Shown: piece after piece, positions 51,458-64,000 of the stretch | Layout of the letters: every line of letters begins with the position of its first letter | How positions within the stretch are numbered: the first letter of the stretch is position 1 | Notes under the pieces: model-generated | Database searches by the model: none | Told to the model about the DNA's origin: nothing | The model's input: only the letters and a program-made list of their open reading frames with translations | From: Takakia lepidozioides | Lineage: Eukaryota; Plantae; Bryophyta | Assembly (NCBI GenBank): GCA_030704615.1 | Contig: CM060733.1 | Span: 60,760,001-60,824,000, forward strand | Direction of reading: 5' to 3' | DNA: 64,000 nucleotides | Program-made: the position numbers and the translations under genes

Positions 51458-54400
51458 GTGGCATAGGTTTCTTTTTCTGTACTCAGAAAGGGTTCCGTTA
51501 CCTTACTCTGAATGCATTAATGGGCCCACAAAATAGTATAGCGGAGCTGTACCGGGTAGGTACTTCTGACGGCCCGATTTGTCCTCTTGCATTACTGATG
51601 AGACCCACTCTTGCAATCAAAAAAGCAGTGCGGTGTGTTCGCCTTAGTGGCCACGTGTCCTTTGTAGACATGCTCCCCGACCTTACCTCTCTCCGCGTGG
51701 CATATTCTCCAAGTTTGACTTCCAAATTTCTTCTTCACTTGAGGGCCACTTTCTGACGTTAATTCGCGTCCACCTATCACTGAACCATGGACGATGTAAA
51801 CATGCATGGGTTGGTGTGATGGGCTGTTGGGATAGTGTATGTGATAGGCTATGTGACACTGTGATGGGCTATGACAGGCTGGTCACGCTGTGTGTTGGGC
51901 TGTGAAAGACTGTGTCACGACTGGTGTTGATGTTGCTGTGATAGGCTGTGTCATGTTGTGTGTGTTGTGCTGTGTGAAGGCTGTGTCATGCTGTGGTGGG
52001 CTGTGACAGCTATGCGAACACCTGTATTTCCCGCCCTGATCATACACGCTTGGCTTAGCGACAAGTGCTCCATACTCCGTTGGTATCACTGGCGCAAGCC
52101 CATGACTTTTTGCGTTTCAACATGCAAATCGTGCTGCAATGGTTTTCATGGATACCTTTGTACCCCTTCAACTTATTGGCATTGACTCTTCCCAGCATTT
52201 CTTTGTTAATGGTTTGTAGCATGGCGGTGTTATTATCATACATCTTCTGTATGACATAAGGTCCTTTCCATGGTGATTTAAGCTTAGAAGCTTTAATCTT
52301 CCCCTTCTTCTGCAACCACAGTACCAAATCTCCCGTCTTAAAAGTCTTTAATTTACCTTCATCAAACTGATCCTTCCTCTTCATCCGAATTCTGGTCATG
52401 TTATCAGCTGCATCAGCACGTACTTCTTCCACATGATATAATTCATGTTTCCTGACCTTAATTGAATCTTCCAATTCCATTCTCCTTCCCCATTCAGTTC
52501 TCATGGTAGGTAACAAGAATTCCACTGGAAGTAAAGCTTCCATACCATAAACTAATTGGAATGGTGTATACTTAGTGGTGACTTTATATGAAGTTCTTTA
52601 TGACCACAAAGCTGTCAGCAGCTTTGTATCCCAATCTGTTCTGTTTGCATTGACTATCTTAGCCAGATAGTACATAGTATTTTGTTGGTAGCCTCTGCCT
52701 GCCCATTACCCTGTGGGTAATATGTTGTACTCTTCCTATGCACAATCATGAACTCTTTAGTCAATAGTTCAATGGTCTCATTAATGAAGTGACTTCCCTG
52801 GTCACTGATAAATTCTAGAGGACAGCCAAATCGTGTAAGTATATTCTCATACATGAACCTTGTTGTGGACTTAGCTGTGTTGTCCCTTAGAGCTTTAGCT
52901 TCCACCCACTTTGTAGTATAATCAGTGGCTGTGATTATATACTTGTTCTGTGTATTCTTGGCTGGTGGGTTAATTGGTCCAACAAAGTCTAGTCCCTATT
53001 TCTGAAATGGTTCAGTAGGCATCGTAGGATGCAAAGCCATCTTCCATATCTCTACAAAGGTCCTAGCCTCTGACACTCATCACAACTCTGACAATACTTG
53101 TGTACATCCTTGAACAAAGTAGGTCACCAGTAACCTGCAAGTAGTATCTTTCTACTGGTAGTCTCTTCTCCAACATGACCTCCAGCCACTCCTTTATGAA
53201 CTTCCTCCAAAACTTTATTTCCTTCATGGTGGTACAAGCATCGTTTAAGTACTCCATCAAGTCCTAGCTTATACATTCTGCCCCCTACCATAGTATAAGG
53301 TAAAGCCTTGATAGCGATTCTCTTCCTGTGCTCCTTCCATAACTAGGTGGGCACTGACCATGAGTAAGGTAGTATCTGATTGGCCACTGCCAATCTAACC
53401 AGTCATCTGCACTTCCCTGCACCTCCATTGCAAATAAACTCGCATCAGGTAATTGGTCGTCTACTCCTGTGGCGGGCTCTCCTGTTGATAGGCGTGACAA
53501 GTGATCTGCCACAAGATGCAAATGGCCAGGCTTGTAAACAACTTTGAACTCAAACTCGTGCAAGATTATTAACCACCTTGCTATCCTTCCACTTATCAAA
53601 GGTTTGTTCACCAGATATATCAGAGCCTGGTGATCCACATAAAACATAAACTTCTTCCCAATAGGTAATGCCTGAATTTCTTGACTGCATAAATCATTGC
53701 CAGTGCTTCTCTTTCAGTTGTGCTATAGTTTCCTTCAGCACTGTTCATCAACCTGCTAGCATAGTACACAGGTGAATCTATATTTCCTGTAACATTTTGG
53801 GCTAACACTGCTCCCAACGCTTCTCCTGAGGCATCACAGTGAACATGAAATACTACATGCCAGTGAGGGTTAATCAGCACAGTGTAGTTGTTACTTACTG
53901 ACATGTAAGTTCCTCCTCAAGCCTGTTGACATTCAGCTGTCCATGCAAACACTGCATCTTTCTTCAGAAGCTTGCTCAATGGTGCTGCTATCTGTGCATA
54001 CGTCTGACAAATCTTCTGTAATAACTGGTTTGTCCAAGGAATCTCCTTAGACTCTTAACATTTACTGGTGGAGAGGCTTTAATGGCCTCTGTCTTTCTGG
54101 GATCCACAAGAAGTCCCCTCTTACACACAATGTGTCCCAAAAGCACCCCTGAGTTCACACAGAAAGTACACTTCTCTGGATTCAGGCCCAGACCTCTCAT
54201 CCTGCATCTGGCCAAACATAACTCCAATTTATGCAAGTGCTCATTCTTAGAGCTGTACACACTGAAATCATCCAAGAACACCTGCATGAAATCATCCAGA
54301 TACTCATGAAAAAATTCACTTATCACTCTCTGAAAGGTTGCTGGTGCATTACAAAGTCCAAAAGGCATGACTTTGTATGCATAAGCACCCAGTCTGTGAT

Positions 54401-55536
54401 GAAAGTTGTCTTTCCCTGGTCTTCTTCTGCCACTTGCACTTGATTATAACCACTGAAGCCATCCATGAATGAGTACATCTCATGGCCTGCCACAGTGTCC
54501 AATACCGCTTTCTGTGAATGGCAAAGGAAATGATCTTTCTTCGTGCAAGCATTCAACTTCTTATAGTTCACACAAACTCTCAGTTTACCATTCTTCTTGG
54601 GAACTATCACAATGGGTGACAACCAAGTTGTATACTCTATCGGGTATATAAACTTAGCCTCAGCCAACTTCTTGATCTCTTCTCCAACCTTCTGTGCATA
54701 GTTGGGATTCATTCTGTACCTTGCCTGTTTGATTGGTACTGCCCCTGGTTCCAGTCAATCTATGCTGACAGATCTCAGGTGGTATCCCTTTAGATCCTTG
54801 TAGCTCCAAGCAAATACATCTCTGTATTTGATGAACAAACTCTTAGCTTCCTCAAAGAATTCTGGCTCCAAATCAGCCCCTACCTTCACCATCCTCGGTT
54901 CCTCTTCAGTTCCCACATTCACTTCTCTCACCTGCTCATCAGCTGTGATTGTCCAACCAGTCACCACTTTATCCTGTAAACTCACAGTGGCTGGTTCCTC
55001 TAGGATTTCCATTTCTCCCTCTCTTTCTTCATAGAAATGTGGTGGGTAACTGCTTGTTTCACCCTCAATTGGTGTTGCTGTCACTACACCACAGATACTA
55101 CCTTTTAAACACTTAGGCCTTCCAGTTGCATCTCTGCAACCTGCTCCCACTCTGGGTGTGCAGCGAACAGGGTAGCTTCCTGCTCCTCATCAAGTCCTCC
55201 CCTCCAGTCATACTCCGACCCCTCGAGGTCTTCTCGCAGCAGGTAATCTACTAGATTTCTTAGTGGTGATTTGTATCTTGTGCATCCCATCATGCACAGT
55301 TAGTACTGGGAATTCCAGTCATGGAATACCCTGGCCTGTTTCAGCCACGGTCGACCAACAATAAGGAGTAAGCTTCCATGACTTCATCCATTTTCAACAC
55401 AGTTACTGTGATCATAAAGATCATCTTTTGAATCTGTATCTTAACTCCTCTTATCAATCCCATGGCTGTACACTTCTTTGATCTGCCATTGTTACTGTAA
55501 ATGGGGCTGGTTTCATGTTACTCAGACCAAGCTTCT

Positions 55537-56113
55537 GTCGCTTGGCTTTTACTCACCCATCCCTTTGCTATCCGTGGCGACTCCAAGATAGAAGAGTGGA
55601 AACATCAAGGTACGCAGCCCGCTCAAACATCAGTCCATGAACCTACAACTAGTGTATCATTGGGGTGTTTCCTATTTGTTTTCCTTTCCGCATTCTGTTA
55701 GCTACTGGCTATGATACTTAATACAGTTTTGCTTCATAATCTATCTGATTCTATCACTCAATCCATTCATTCCACAGTTCACTCAGATCTCTCTACACAG
55801 TGTGATTGTATCGTATAAGTATCAGATTATGATTTATCAGGTATCAGGCCGAAGCCATTGTGTCTCTAATCTGCTCTACAATATCACTACAACTTTGCAT
55901 ATAACAAGCATCTACTAATCATATCTCCTCATTCACCGTGCTCTCCATCTTTGCTTCCGTTCTTACTCTCCGCCCCATCCCCTCTCCTGCATGGACCAAG
56001 AAGTCCTCTGGCCCCGTCCTCTCCTCCGTCCTCTCCTCCTGTCCCGCTCCTCGCTTTATTTTCCTACCCGTTGTTCTAACGTTTCCTCACTAAACCGTCA
56101 CCCTTGAACTACA
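55537..56113 (-). repeat. 3' LTR of element B (577 bp, TG...CA)
   Basis: Minus strand TGTAGTTC...AGCGACA. Shares long blocks with LTR A, e.g. ggcttttactcacccatccctt and aagtatcagattatgatttatcaggtatcaggcc. Confidence 0.8.
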
Positions 56114-59100
56114 TGTTCCATTCGTAGATGTTGTTCCCCTCAGTCGTTCCCTGTCCTGCTATCCGTTCCTATGGTCGTGACAGCTGTGTCAAGTTGTGAC
56201 TGGTTGTGTGAAACTGTGACGGGATGTGACTGGCTGTGCGACTGTGTTGGGCTGTGTCGGGCTGTGACTGGCTGTGTGGCTGTGTGTGTCGGGCTGTGTC
56301 GGCTGTGTGACTGGCTGTGTGGCTGTGTCGGGCTGTGTTGGCTGTGATGGGCTGTGTTTGGCTGTGTAACCCCCCTCTCAAGTGTTCTGCTGTCACCCCT
56401 AAGGCTCCTGTTGGTCTCAGTCCGTGCAAAAAATGAAGGGTACCCTACATATCCCGTGTTGTGAAAAAGACTGAAAAGCCAAAGTTCTGGCTTTTAAATA
56501 AGAAGCCCTTAACTGTTCCTCAGGTATATAGGCTCTTTTGTTGATATTTGAAGTGAGGTCTTCCACTTGAGTCTGCAGTCCATCTACATCCTCCTGTAAC
56601 TCCGCTATCCTACTATAGACATTGTCTATAGTAGTTGTGGCAATGTTCTGCACTTGCAGTCTGAACTCATTCATCTCGCTTTGGGTGAGCTTTCGTGGTG
56701 CTTTGCCCTCCACTGGGCCTTTGCTAACCAGACCTGCATAAGGTGGTTATCCACCAAGTTGCTTGTGGTTCCTCTGAGAGTGTGCTCCTCTCTTAGTTTG
56801 TATACATCTTATTGCTGTTGTAAAGCCTCCATGCGCTTCGCATGAGGTTCAACCAAATTCGCATAGGCAGCAAGTAGATTATTGGCTTCTTTCCAAGCCT
56901 TGTTAGTGACCGAGATTTCATTTATATTGGCCATGATCGTTTGTTGCAACTCCAGGATGTGCTTCTCTTAATCAGCTTCAATCTGCCTGTATTGCTTGAA
57001 AGTATCCTCATTGCGACAGATTGTATTCTTCATATCGACAATGAGTTTCATTTGCTCAACATTCTCTGCTTCTGCCTTCATACTTTTTTTTTCTGCTTGA
57101 CTGTTTTATTTCTTTTGTAGTTTGGTCAAGCATAGTTGTGAGTGTAGCACATTGTATGGCCATCCTGTCATGCAGTCTGCAACTCCGTATGTAGTGCATT
57201 CACTTCTTGCAACTTGCTTTCATGCCGCACCTGCATTTGGTATAGCTGTTGCTTATGTGCTTCGTGCAACTGGTCTTGCGCGAGGCCTGCCTCAATCAAT
57301 TGTTCCTTGGCCAATTGCAAAGCCGCTTCTGTATTTTCCAAGTCTTGCTGCATCTTGAGAGTGACCTCCTCATCGACCTTGTTTGCACATTCAGTGGCTA
57401 GTCGAGCCTCAAACTCCTTCTTGAGTTCCTCTCTCAAGGCTGTCAATTGGGTAGTTGGAACATGGGATTTGACATAAGTCCCCAACAAATTAAGTGTCCT
57501 GCCTATGGAACTCATCAGCATTGTCTGTTGAGGGTCATCATGGTGAGGTTGCTGCTGTTCCTCCTGATCCTCAACCGTGTGATGTCTCATGACCCACTCA
57601 GGCCATTGTCCCACCGGATTTTCTTCCTGAACCACTTCATCCATCAGCGGTGCTGCAGTGTCTTGACATTCTACCTGTGGTACTTCCGACATAGGGGTGT
57701 GTATTATATGCACCTCAGGATTTCCCTTGGGCAACTGTTGCACTTCTGGAATCTCTGTCTCCTTAACCAGACCAGAATATTCATAGAGAAGGTCCCCCTT
57801 CTCAATTTCTGCCACTATCTGTTCTGTAGTTGGAATATCTACCCTTCTTTTCCAAATCAATTATTTCTGGTTGAGCTGCATGGACAACTTGTAACCTTGT
57901 GACAAGCCGATCATCTGGCTGTGATGGCTATGATACTGAAGTAACTTCCTCTTCCCTCTCTGAAGGTCCTGCGTCCAGTAATAGCAGTTCTCTGTGCTGC
58001 TGTGCCCCTTCCTGCACAAAAACTTGGGAAACATTATCATGCGGATTCCGTGAAGCCAGTGGATCCGCCACTACAGTCTTTCCCCGTCTCTGCCTCTTAA
58101 TCTTGGGCTGCCCTGCTAGTCCACCCTCATTGTGTGAAGAGCCTTGCTCTTCCATTGCAGTGGTTTCTGGCTCAAACACTCCCATCTCCTTTCTTTCTTG
58201 CGCATCAAGTATGCCAGAATCAAGAATTATTGAGCAATGATTGGGCCAGACACTATGATAGGAGACTTTGCGGCAGTACCCTGTAATCTTTTCATCTCCT
58301 CTACCAGTGCGTTGTACATTATGTTCGCCCATTCTACCTCTTCTCCTCTCAGGGCTTTGAGTATTCCTCTGTGAAGGATCTGCTCAAATACTGTTGGTTC
58401 TGTTTCATGGCAAACAAAACGTTCAATACCTGGCATACCTCCTAAGCCCTGGGTACACGGCCTTGGTACAAGCATAACCCTGAGTTTTAAAGAAACTCCC
58501 TTCTTGGAATAAGTCCCCTATTTGCAGTCTTGCCCTGTGCTCCTCCACATGCACCTGGCCTGCTGGCAATCGAAACAATTGCTGTAGGTATAGGGGAGTA
58601 ATTACTAATTCAACTCCCTTCACCGTTGTTGCTCCTGTCCTTGGCTCAAAGTTCTGTAAGAATTGTAACATGTACTGTCTATGGTGCAATGTCCAATCTT
58701 TGCTTTGCAATCCTTGCAATCTCAGCTCCTTCAGTATCTGCATCGCCTGTGGGGTAGCAATTGTTTGTTTCTGCAGAATTGTGGTGCTCTCACCCTGATT
58801 TCCTCCATTCCTCTCACTCTCTTCATTCTAGACCCACAGAAATGTTTTGGCTGTAACAATTGAAGAAATGCTTGTAGTGCACAAAGCATAAACGTATGGT
58901 TGCCACAAAAAGCTATGGATAATTTCTTGTAAGCCTGTGGAGCTTGCAAGCATCGATCAAGAGAAAAGCTCCGCTCTGTTCTTTCGTGTCTATGCCACTG
59001 CGTAAGTGTTATTGCGAGCGTATAGTCTGTTAGTTCCTCCATAGCTTCAAAGCTATAGCATTGATGGTTTGTCCCGTCGAGACACCTGTTACTCAGAACG

Positions 59101-59800
59101 ACGCCGCCTCTTGCGCTTAATTTCCCTCCAATTTCTTGATCCTTTCTCTGGCTTTCTATTGGCTGTAACCGCTGTGACTGGATTTTAGATTTCATTTTCT
59201 TTAGTGGACTTTCCCTGCTGGATAGTCCACTAGGATCACACATGTGACAAGAATTTTGCTTTTCTGTACTTGCCGTTTGTTCCGTTCCCCTTTTTCCGTA
59301 TTAATTAATGGGCCCGCCTTTCATCCAATTTGACGCACTGATTAGGTATTTTGACGGCCATTCTTGTCCTCTTTCTTGATGACACCTCTTCTTGCACTTC
59401 CTTCTCAGCTGTGTGTCGCGCCCTGACTTCCACGTGTCCATTTTTAAACTGGTTTCCGTCCTTTCTTCCGTCGGCCATTTTCCTGAAGTTATTGTGCGTC
59501 CACCTGTCACTGATTCTATGGATCGTGTAACCCTAGTAGGTTGCTGTGATAGGCTGTGATGCACTGTGGTAAGCTGTGATGCACTGTGACACGCGGTGGT
59601 AGGTTGTGATAGGCTGTGTTGCGCCGTGCTGGGCTGTGATAGGCTATGTCACGTTGTGATGGACTGTGATAGGCTGTATTTCGCCTTGATGGGCTGTGAT
59701 AGGCTGTGTCACGTCGTGATGGACTGTGATAGGCTGTGTTTCGCCTTGATGGGCTGTGATAGGCTGTGTCACGTCGTGATGGACTGTGATAGGCTGTGTT

Positions 59801-60670
59801 GATACAAAGCTGTTGACAGCTTTGTGGTCATACAGGACTTCATATAAAGTCACCACTAAGTATACACCATTCCAATTAGTTTATGGTATGGAAGCCTTAC
59901 TTCCAGTGGAATTCCTGTTACCTACCATGAGAACGGAGTGGGGAAAGAGAATGGAATTGCAAGATTCCATTAAGGTCAGGAAACATGAATTATACCATGT
60001 GGAAGAAGTACGTGCTGATGCAGCTGATAATATGACAAGAATTGAGATGAAGAGGAAGGAACAGTTTGACGAAAACAAGTTAAAAACTTTTAAGACGGGA
60101 GATTTGGTTCTATGGTTGCAGAAGAAGGAAAAAATTAAAGCTTCTAAGCTTAAATCACCATGGAAAGGACCTTATGTCATACAAAAGATGTATGATAACA
60201 ACACCGCCATGTTACAAACCATTAACAAAGAAATGCTGGGAAGAGTCAATGCCAATAAGTTAAAGGGATACAATGGTATCCATGACAAACCATTGCAGCA
60301 TGATTGCATGTGAAACGCAAGAGCAGTCACGGGCTGCGCCAGTGTTACCAACGGAGTATGGAGCACTTGTCGCTAGGCCAAGCATATATGATCAGGGCGG
60401 GCAGAACAAGTGTGACACAGCCTATCACAGCCCATCAAGGCGAAACACAGCCTATCACAGTCCATCACGACGTGACACAGCCTATCACAGCCCATCAAGG
60501 CGAAACACAGTCTATCACAGTCCATCACGACGTGACACAGCCTATCACAGCCCATCAAGGCGAAACACAGCCTATCACAGTCCATCACGACGTGACACAG
60601 CCTATCACAGCCCATCAAGGCGAAACACAGCCTATCACAGTCCATCACGACGTGACACAGCCTATCACAG
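59801..60670 (+). other. Inverted 870-bp segment of element B (integrase C-terminus, spacer and half of the tandem array)
   Basis: Element A reads VNANRTDWDTKLL continuously on the minus strand. In B, VNAN ends at about 60671 (-) and DTKLLTALWSYRT...WKGPY resumes on + at 59801. Confidence 0.92.
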
Positions 60671-63600
60671 CTGTTTGCATTGACTATCTTAGCCAAGATA
60701 GTACATAATATTTTGTTGGTAGCCTCTGCCTGTCCATTACCCTGTGGGTAATATGTTGTACTCTTCCTATGCACAATCATGAATTCTTTAGTCAATAATT
60801 CAATGGTCTCATTTATGAAGTGACTTCCCTGATCACTGATAAATTCTAAGGGACAGCCAAATCGTGTAAGTATGTTCTCATACAGGAACCTTGCTGTGGA
60901 CTTGGCTGTGTTGTCCCTCAAAGCTTTAGCTTCCACCCACTTCGTAGTATAATCAGTGGCTGTAATTATGTACCTGTTCCGTGTATTCTTGGCTGGTGGG
61001 TTAATCGGTCCAACAAAGTCTAGTCCCCATTTCTGAAATGGTTCTGTAGGCATTGTAGGATGCAAGGCCATCCTTCTAGATCTTTGCAAAGGTCCCAGCC
61101 TCTGACACTCAGCACAACTCTGACAATACTCGTGTACATCTTTGAACAAAGTAGGCCACCAGTAACCTGCGAGTAGTATCTTCATACTGATAGTCTCTTC
61201 TCCAAAATGACCTCCAGCCACTCCTTTATGAACTTCCTCCAAAACTTTATTTACTTCATGGTGGTACAAGCATCGTTTTAGTACTCCATCAGGTCCTAGC
61301 TTATACATTCTGCTTCCTACCATAGTATAAGGTAAACCTTTGATAGCGATTCTCTTCCTCTGCTCCTTACCATAACTAGGTGGGCATTGACCATGAGTAA
61401 GGTAGTATCTGATTGGCCACTGCCGATCTAACCATTCATCTGCACTTCCTTGCACCTCCATTATAAATAAACTCGCATCAGGTAACTGATCGTCCACTCC
61501 TGTGGCGGCCTCTCCTGTTGTTAGTCGTGACAAATGATCTGCTACAAGATGCAAACGGCCAGGCTTGTAAATAACCTCGAACTCAAACTCATGCAAGATT
61601 ATTAACCACCTTGCTATCCTTCCACTAATCAAAGGTTTGTTCACCAGATATATCAGAGCCTGGTGATCCACATAAAACATAAACTTTCTTCCCAATAGGT
61701 AATGCCTGAATTTCTTGATTGCATAAATCATTGCCAGTGCTTCTCTTTCAGTTGTGCTATAGTTCCTTTCAGCACTGTTCATCAACCTGCTAGCATAGTA
61801 CACAGGTGAATCTATATTTCCTGTAACATTCTGGGCTAACACCGCTCCCAACGCTTCTCCTGATGCATCGCAGTGAACATGAAATACTACATGCCAGTGA
61901 GGGTTAATCAGCACAGGTGTAGTTGTTACTGACAGTGTAAGTTCCTCAAACGCCAGTTGACATTCAGCTGTCCAGGTAAACACTGCATCTTTCTTCAGAA
62001 GCTTGCTCAATGGTGCTGCTATTTGTGCATACCTTTTGACAAATCTTCTGTAATAACTGGTTTGCCCAAGGAATCTCCTTAAACTCTTAACATTCACTGG
62101 TGGTGGAGAGGCTTTAATGGCCTCTGTCTTCCTGGGATCCACAAGAAGTCCCTTCTTACACACAATGTGTCCCAGAAGCACCCTTGAGTTCACACAGAAA
62201 GTACACTTCTCTGGATTCAGGCCCAGACCTCTCATCCTGCATCTGGCCAGACATAACTCCAATTATGCAAGTGCTCATTCTTAGAGCTGTACACACTAAA
62301 ATCATCCAAGAACACCTGCATGAAATCATCCAGATACTCATGAAAAAATTCACTTATTACTCTCTGAAAGGTTGCTAGTGCATTACAAAGTCCAAAGGGC
62401 ATGACTTTGTATGCATAAGCACCCCAGTCTGTGATGAAAGTTGTCTTTCCTTGATCTTCTTCTGCCACTTGCACTTGATTATAACCACTGAACCCATCCA
62501 TGAATGAGTACATCTCATGGCCTGCCACAGTGTCCAATACTGCTTCTGTGAATGGCAAAGGGAAAAGATCTTTCTTTGTACAAGCATTCAGCTTCTTGTA
62601 GTTCACACATACTCTTAGTTTACCATTCTTCTTGGGAACTATAACAATGGGTGACAACCAAGTTGTATACTCTATTGGGTATATAAACTTAGCCTCAGCC
62701 AACTTCTTAATCTCTTCTCCAACCTTCTGTGCGTAGTTGGGATTCATTCTGTACCTCGCCTGCTTGATTGGTACTGACCCTGGTTCCAGTTCAATCTTAT
62801 GCTGACAGACTTCAGGTGGTATCCCTTTTAGATCCTCATAGCTCCAAGCAAATACATCTCTGTATTTGATGAAAAAGCTTTTAGCTTCTTCAAAGAATTC
62901 CGGCTCCAAATCAGCTCCTACTTTCACCATCCTCGGTTCCTCTTTAGTTCCCACATTCACTTCCCTCACTTGCTCATCAGCTGTGATTGTCCAACCAGTC
63001 ACCACTTCATCCTGTAAGCTCATAGTGGCCGGTTCCTCTAGGATTTCCATTTCTCCTTCTCTCTCTTCATAAAAATGTGATGGGTAACTGCTGGTTTCCT
63101 CTTCAGTGGGTGTTGCTGTCACTACACCACAGCAGATACCTCTTAAACAACTTAGGCTTTCCAGCCGCATCTCTGCAACCTGCTCCCACTCTGGGTGTGC
63201 AGCAAATAGGGTAGCTTCCTGCTCCTCATCCAGTCCTCCTTTCCAGTCATACTCTCTGACTCCTCGAGGTCTTCTCGTAGCAGGTAATCTACTAGATTTC
63301 TTTGTGGTAATTTGTATCTCGTGTATCCCATTATGCACGGTTAGTAACTGAGAATTCCAGTCATGGAATACCCTGGCCTGTTTCAGCCACGGACGTCCCA
63401 ATAATAAGGAGTAAGCCTCCATGACTTCATCCATCTTCAACACAGTTGTTGTGATCATAAAGATCATCTTCTGTATCTGTATCTTAACTCCTCTTATTAA
63501 TCCCAATGGCTGTACACTTCGTTGATCTGCCATTGTTACTGTAAATGGGGCTGGTTTCATGTTACTTAGACCAAGCTTGTTTCTTAATTGGTCTGTCATG

Positions 63601-63995
63601 ATATTTACTCCAGAACCTCCATCTATCAGTACATCAGTTAGTTCTGTGCTTCCAATTCTCAATTGGATTACTGGCATAGAATCATCAAAGTCCATGACTG
63701 TTTCTCGCCCTTCCGGCTTCACATTATAACTGGTCACCTTGCTGTTCAGGTCTGTGTTTCCTGTCTCCTGGGCAATTCGATTGATTGCTTGATACAGCCT
63801 GTGCCTACAATAAGGTGCCACAGCCAATAGCTGTCCAATGGTAATCTCTGCTTTGGTCTGGCATATTACTTCAGCCAAAGTCTCTTCATTACTTTGCATG
63901 CCTGCATCTTCTTTCTTCCTTTCATCCTCACTCCCTTCTTCTTCTTCATCAGAATCAGAGGAATCTGCCACAGGAATATCAGTACTCTTTTGCAT
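60671..63995 (-). CDS. Pol polyprotein of element B (protease, RT, RNase H, integrase), with one 1-bp frameshift near 62263; integrase C-terminus displaced by an inversion
   Basis: VLIDGGSGVN protease, RT FLDD, RNase H CDAS, integrase HHCC (GGHFG...CAECQ) and WGLDFVGP...SDQG...GQAE. Confidence 0.9.
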
Positions 63996-64000
63996 TTCCC

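Larger units (their letters stand above)
46554..55536 (-). mobile_element. Ty3/Gypsy non-chromovirus element A (Phygy/Selgy-like): 3' LTR, accessory coding region, frameshifted pol; cut in the protease region by element B
   Basis: Fragments: RT MNPNYAQKV...WLSPIVIVPKKNGKLRVC, MPFGLCNAPATFQR, FLDD; RNase H HCDASGEALGAVL; integrase FISDQGSHF...[10 protein letters not shown]; WKGPY. Order is PR-RT-RH-INT, with no extra RNase H and no chromodomain. Confidence 0.92.
55537..64000 (-). mobile_element. Ty3/Gypsy element B (same family as A), nested in A and running off the window end
   Basis: A pol is cut at accaagcttc|TGTCGC. LTR 55537-56113, accessory region about 56450-59243, pol ORFs 62232-63995 and 60373-62262. 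Confidence 0.93.

Noticed and set aside
47465-55536. Treating all frameshifts in element A as biological decay
   Set aside because: Many are single-base indels that could be long-read consensus errors. This cannot be resolved without reads, so A may be more intact than it appears.
59543-60708. Repeat arrays as CRISPR, or the periodic ORFs (TAYHSPSRR, TQPITAHQGE) as real genes
   Set aside because: There are no unique spacers and the context is eukaryotic. The ORFs are by-products of a 30-bp stop-free unit.
62232-62270. Programmed frameshift between the two pol ORFs of element B
   Set aside because: Element A reads through here with one more A (HKLEL), so it is a 1-bp deletion or sequencing error in mid-RT.

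Overview
This is eukaryotic, intron-rich land-plant genomic DNA. A seed-free lineage (fern, lycophyte or bryophyte) is suggested by the Phygy/Selgy-type Ty3 elements and a PLS-type PPR relic; this is inference. The left half (1-30 kb) is gene-rich. It has an F-box/Kelch gene, a 22-exon NSF gene whose first intron is a U12 AT-AC intron, a 9-exon proteasome ATPase RPT6 gene, and a 10-exon plastid diaminopimelate epimerase (DapF) gene. DapF lies head-to-head with RPT6, with only 196 bp between the start codons. A 3.1-kb element with Helentron/HLE2-like ends carries a captured RPN5 fragment. The right half (30-64 kb) is pseudogenes and nested transposons. These include a 1.25-kb foldback element in an F-box pseudogene, two tRNA-derived SINE copies, a LAGLIDADG homing-endonuclease relic, and a truncated chromovirus-like Ty3 with a clean 302-bp inversion in gag. 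It also holds an At4g00755-like F-box pseudogene, a (TA)n-targeted MITE, and a CACTA end interrupted by Ty3 element A, which is itself interrupted by its relative B. The most unusual signal is in A and B. Each carries, 3' of pol, a long accessory coding region (about 4 kb in A) with an unrecognised C-terminal domain, bracketed on both sides by 10-bp-phased CTGTG arrays. Also unusual are two different TA-inserted TIR elements that each carry a related tRNA-like Pol III module. All gene models were built by eye from splice signals and remembered family motifs; no database searches were run.
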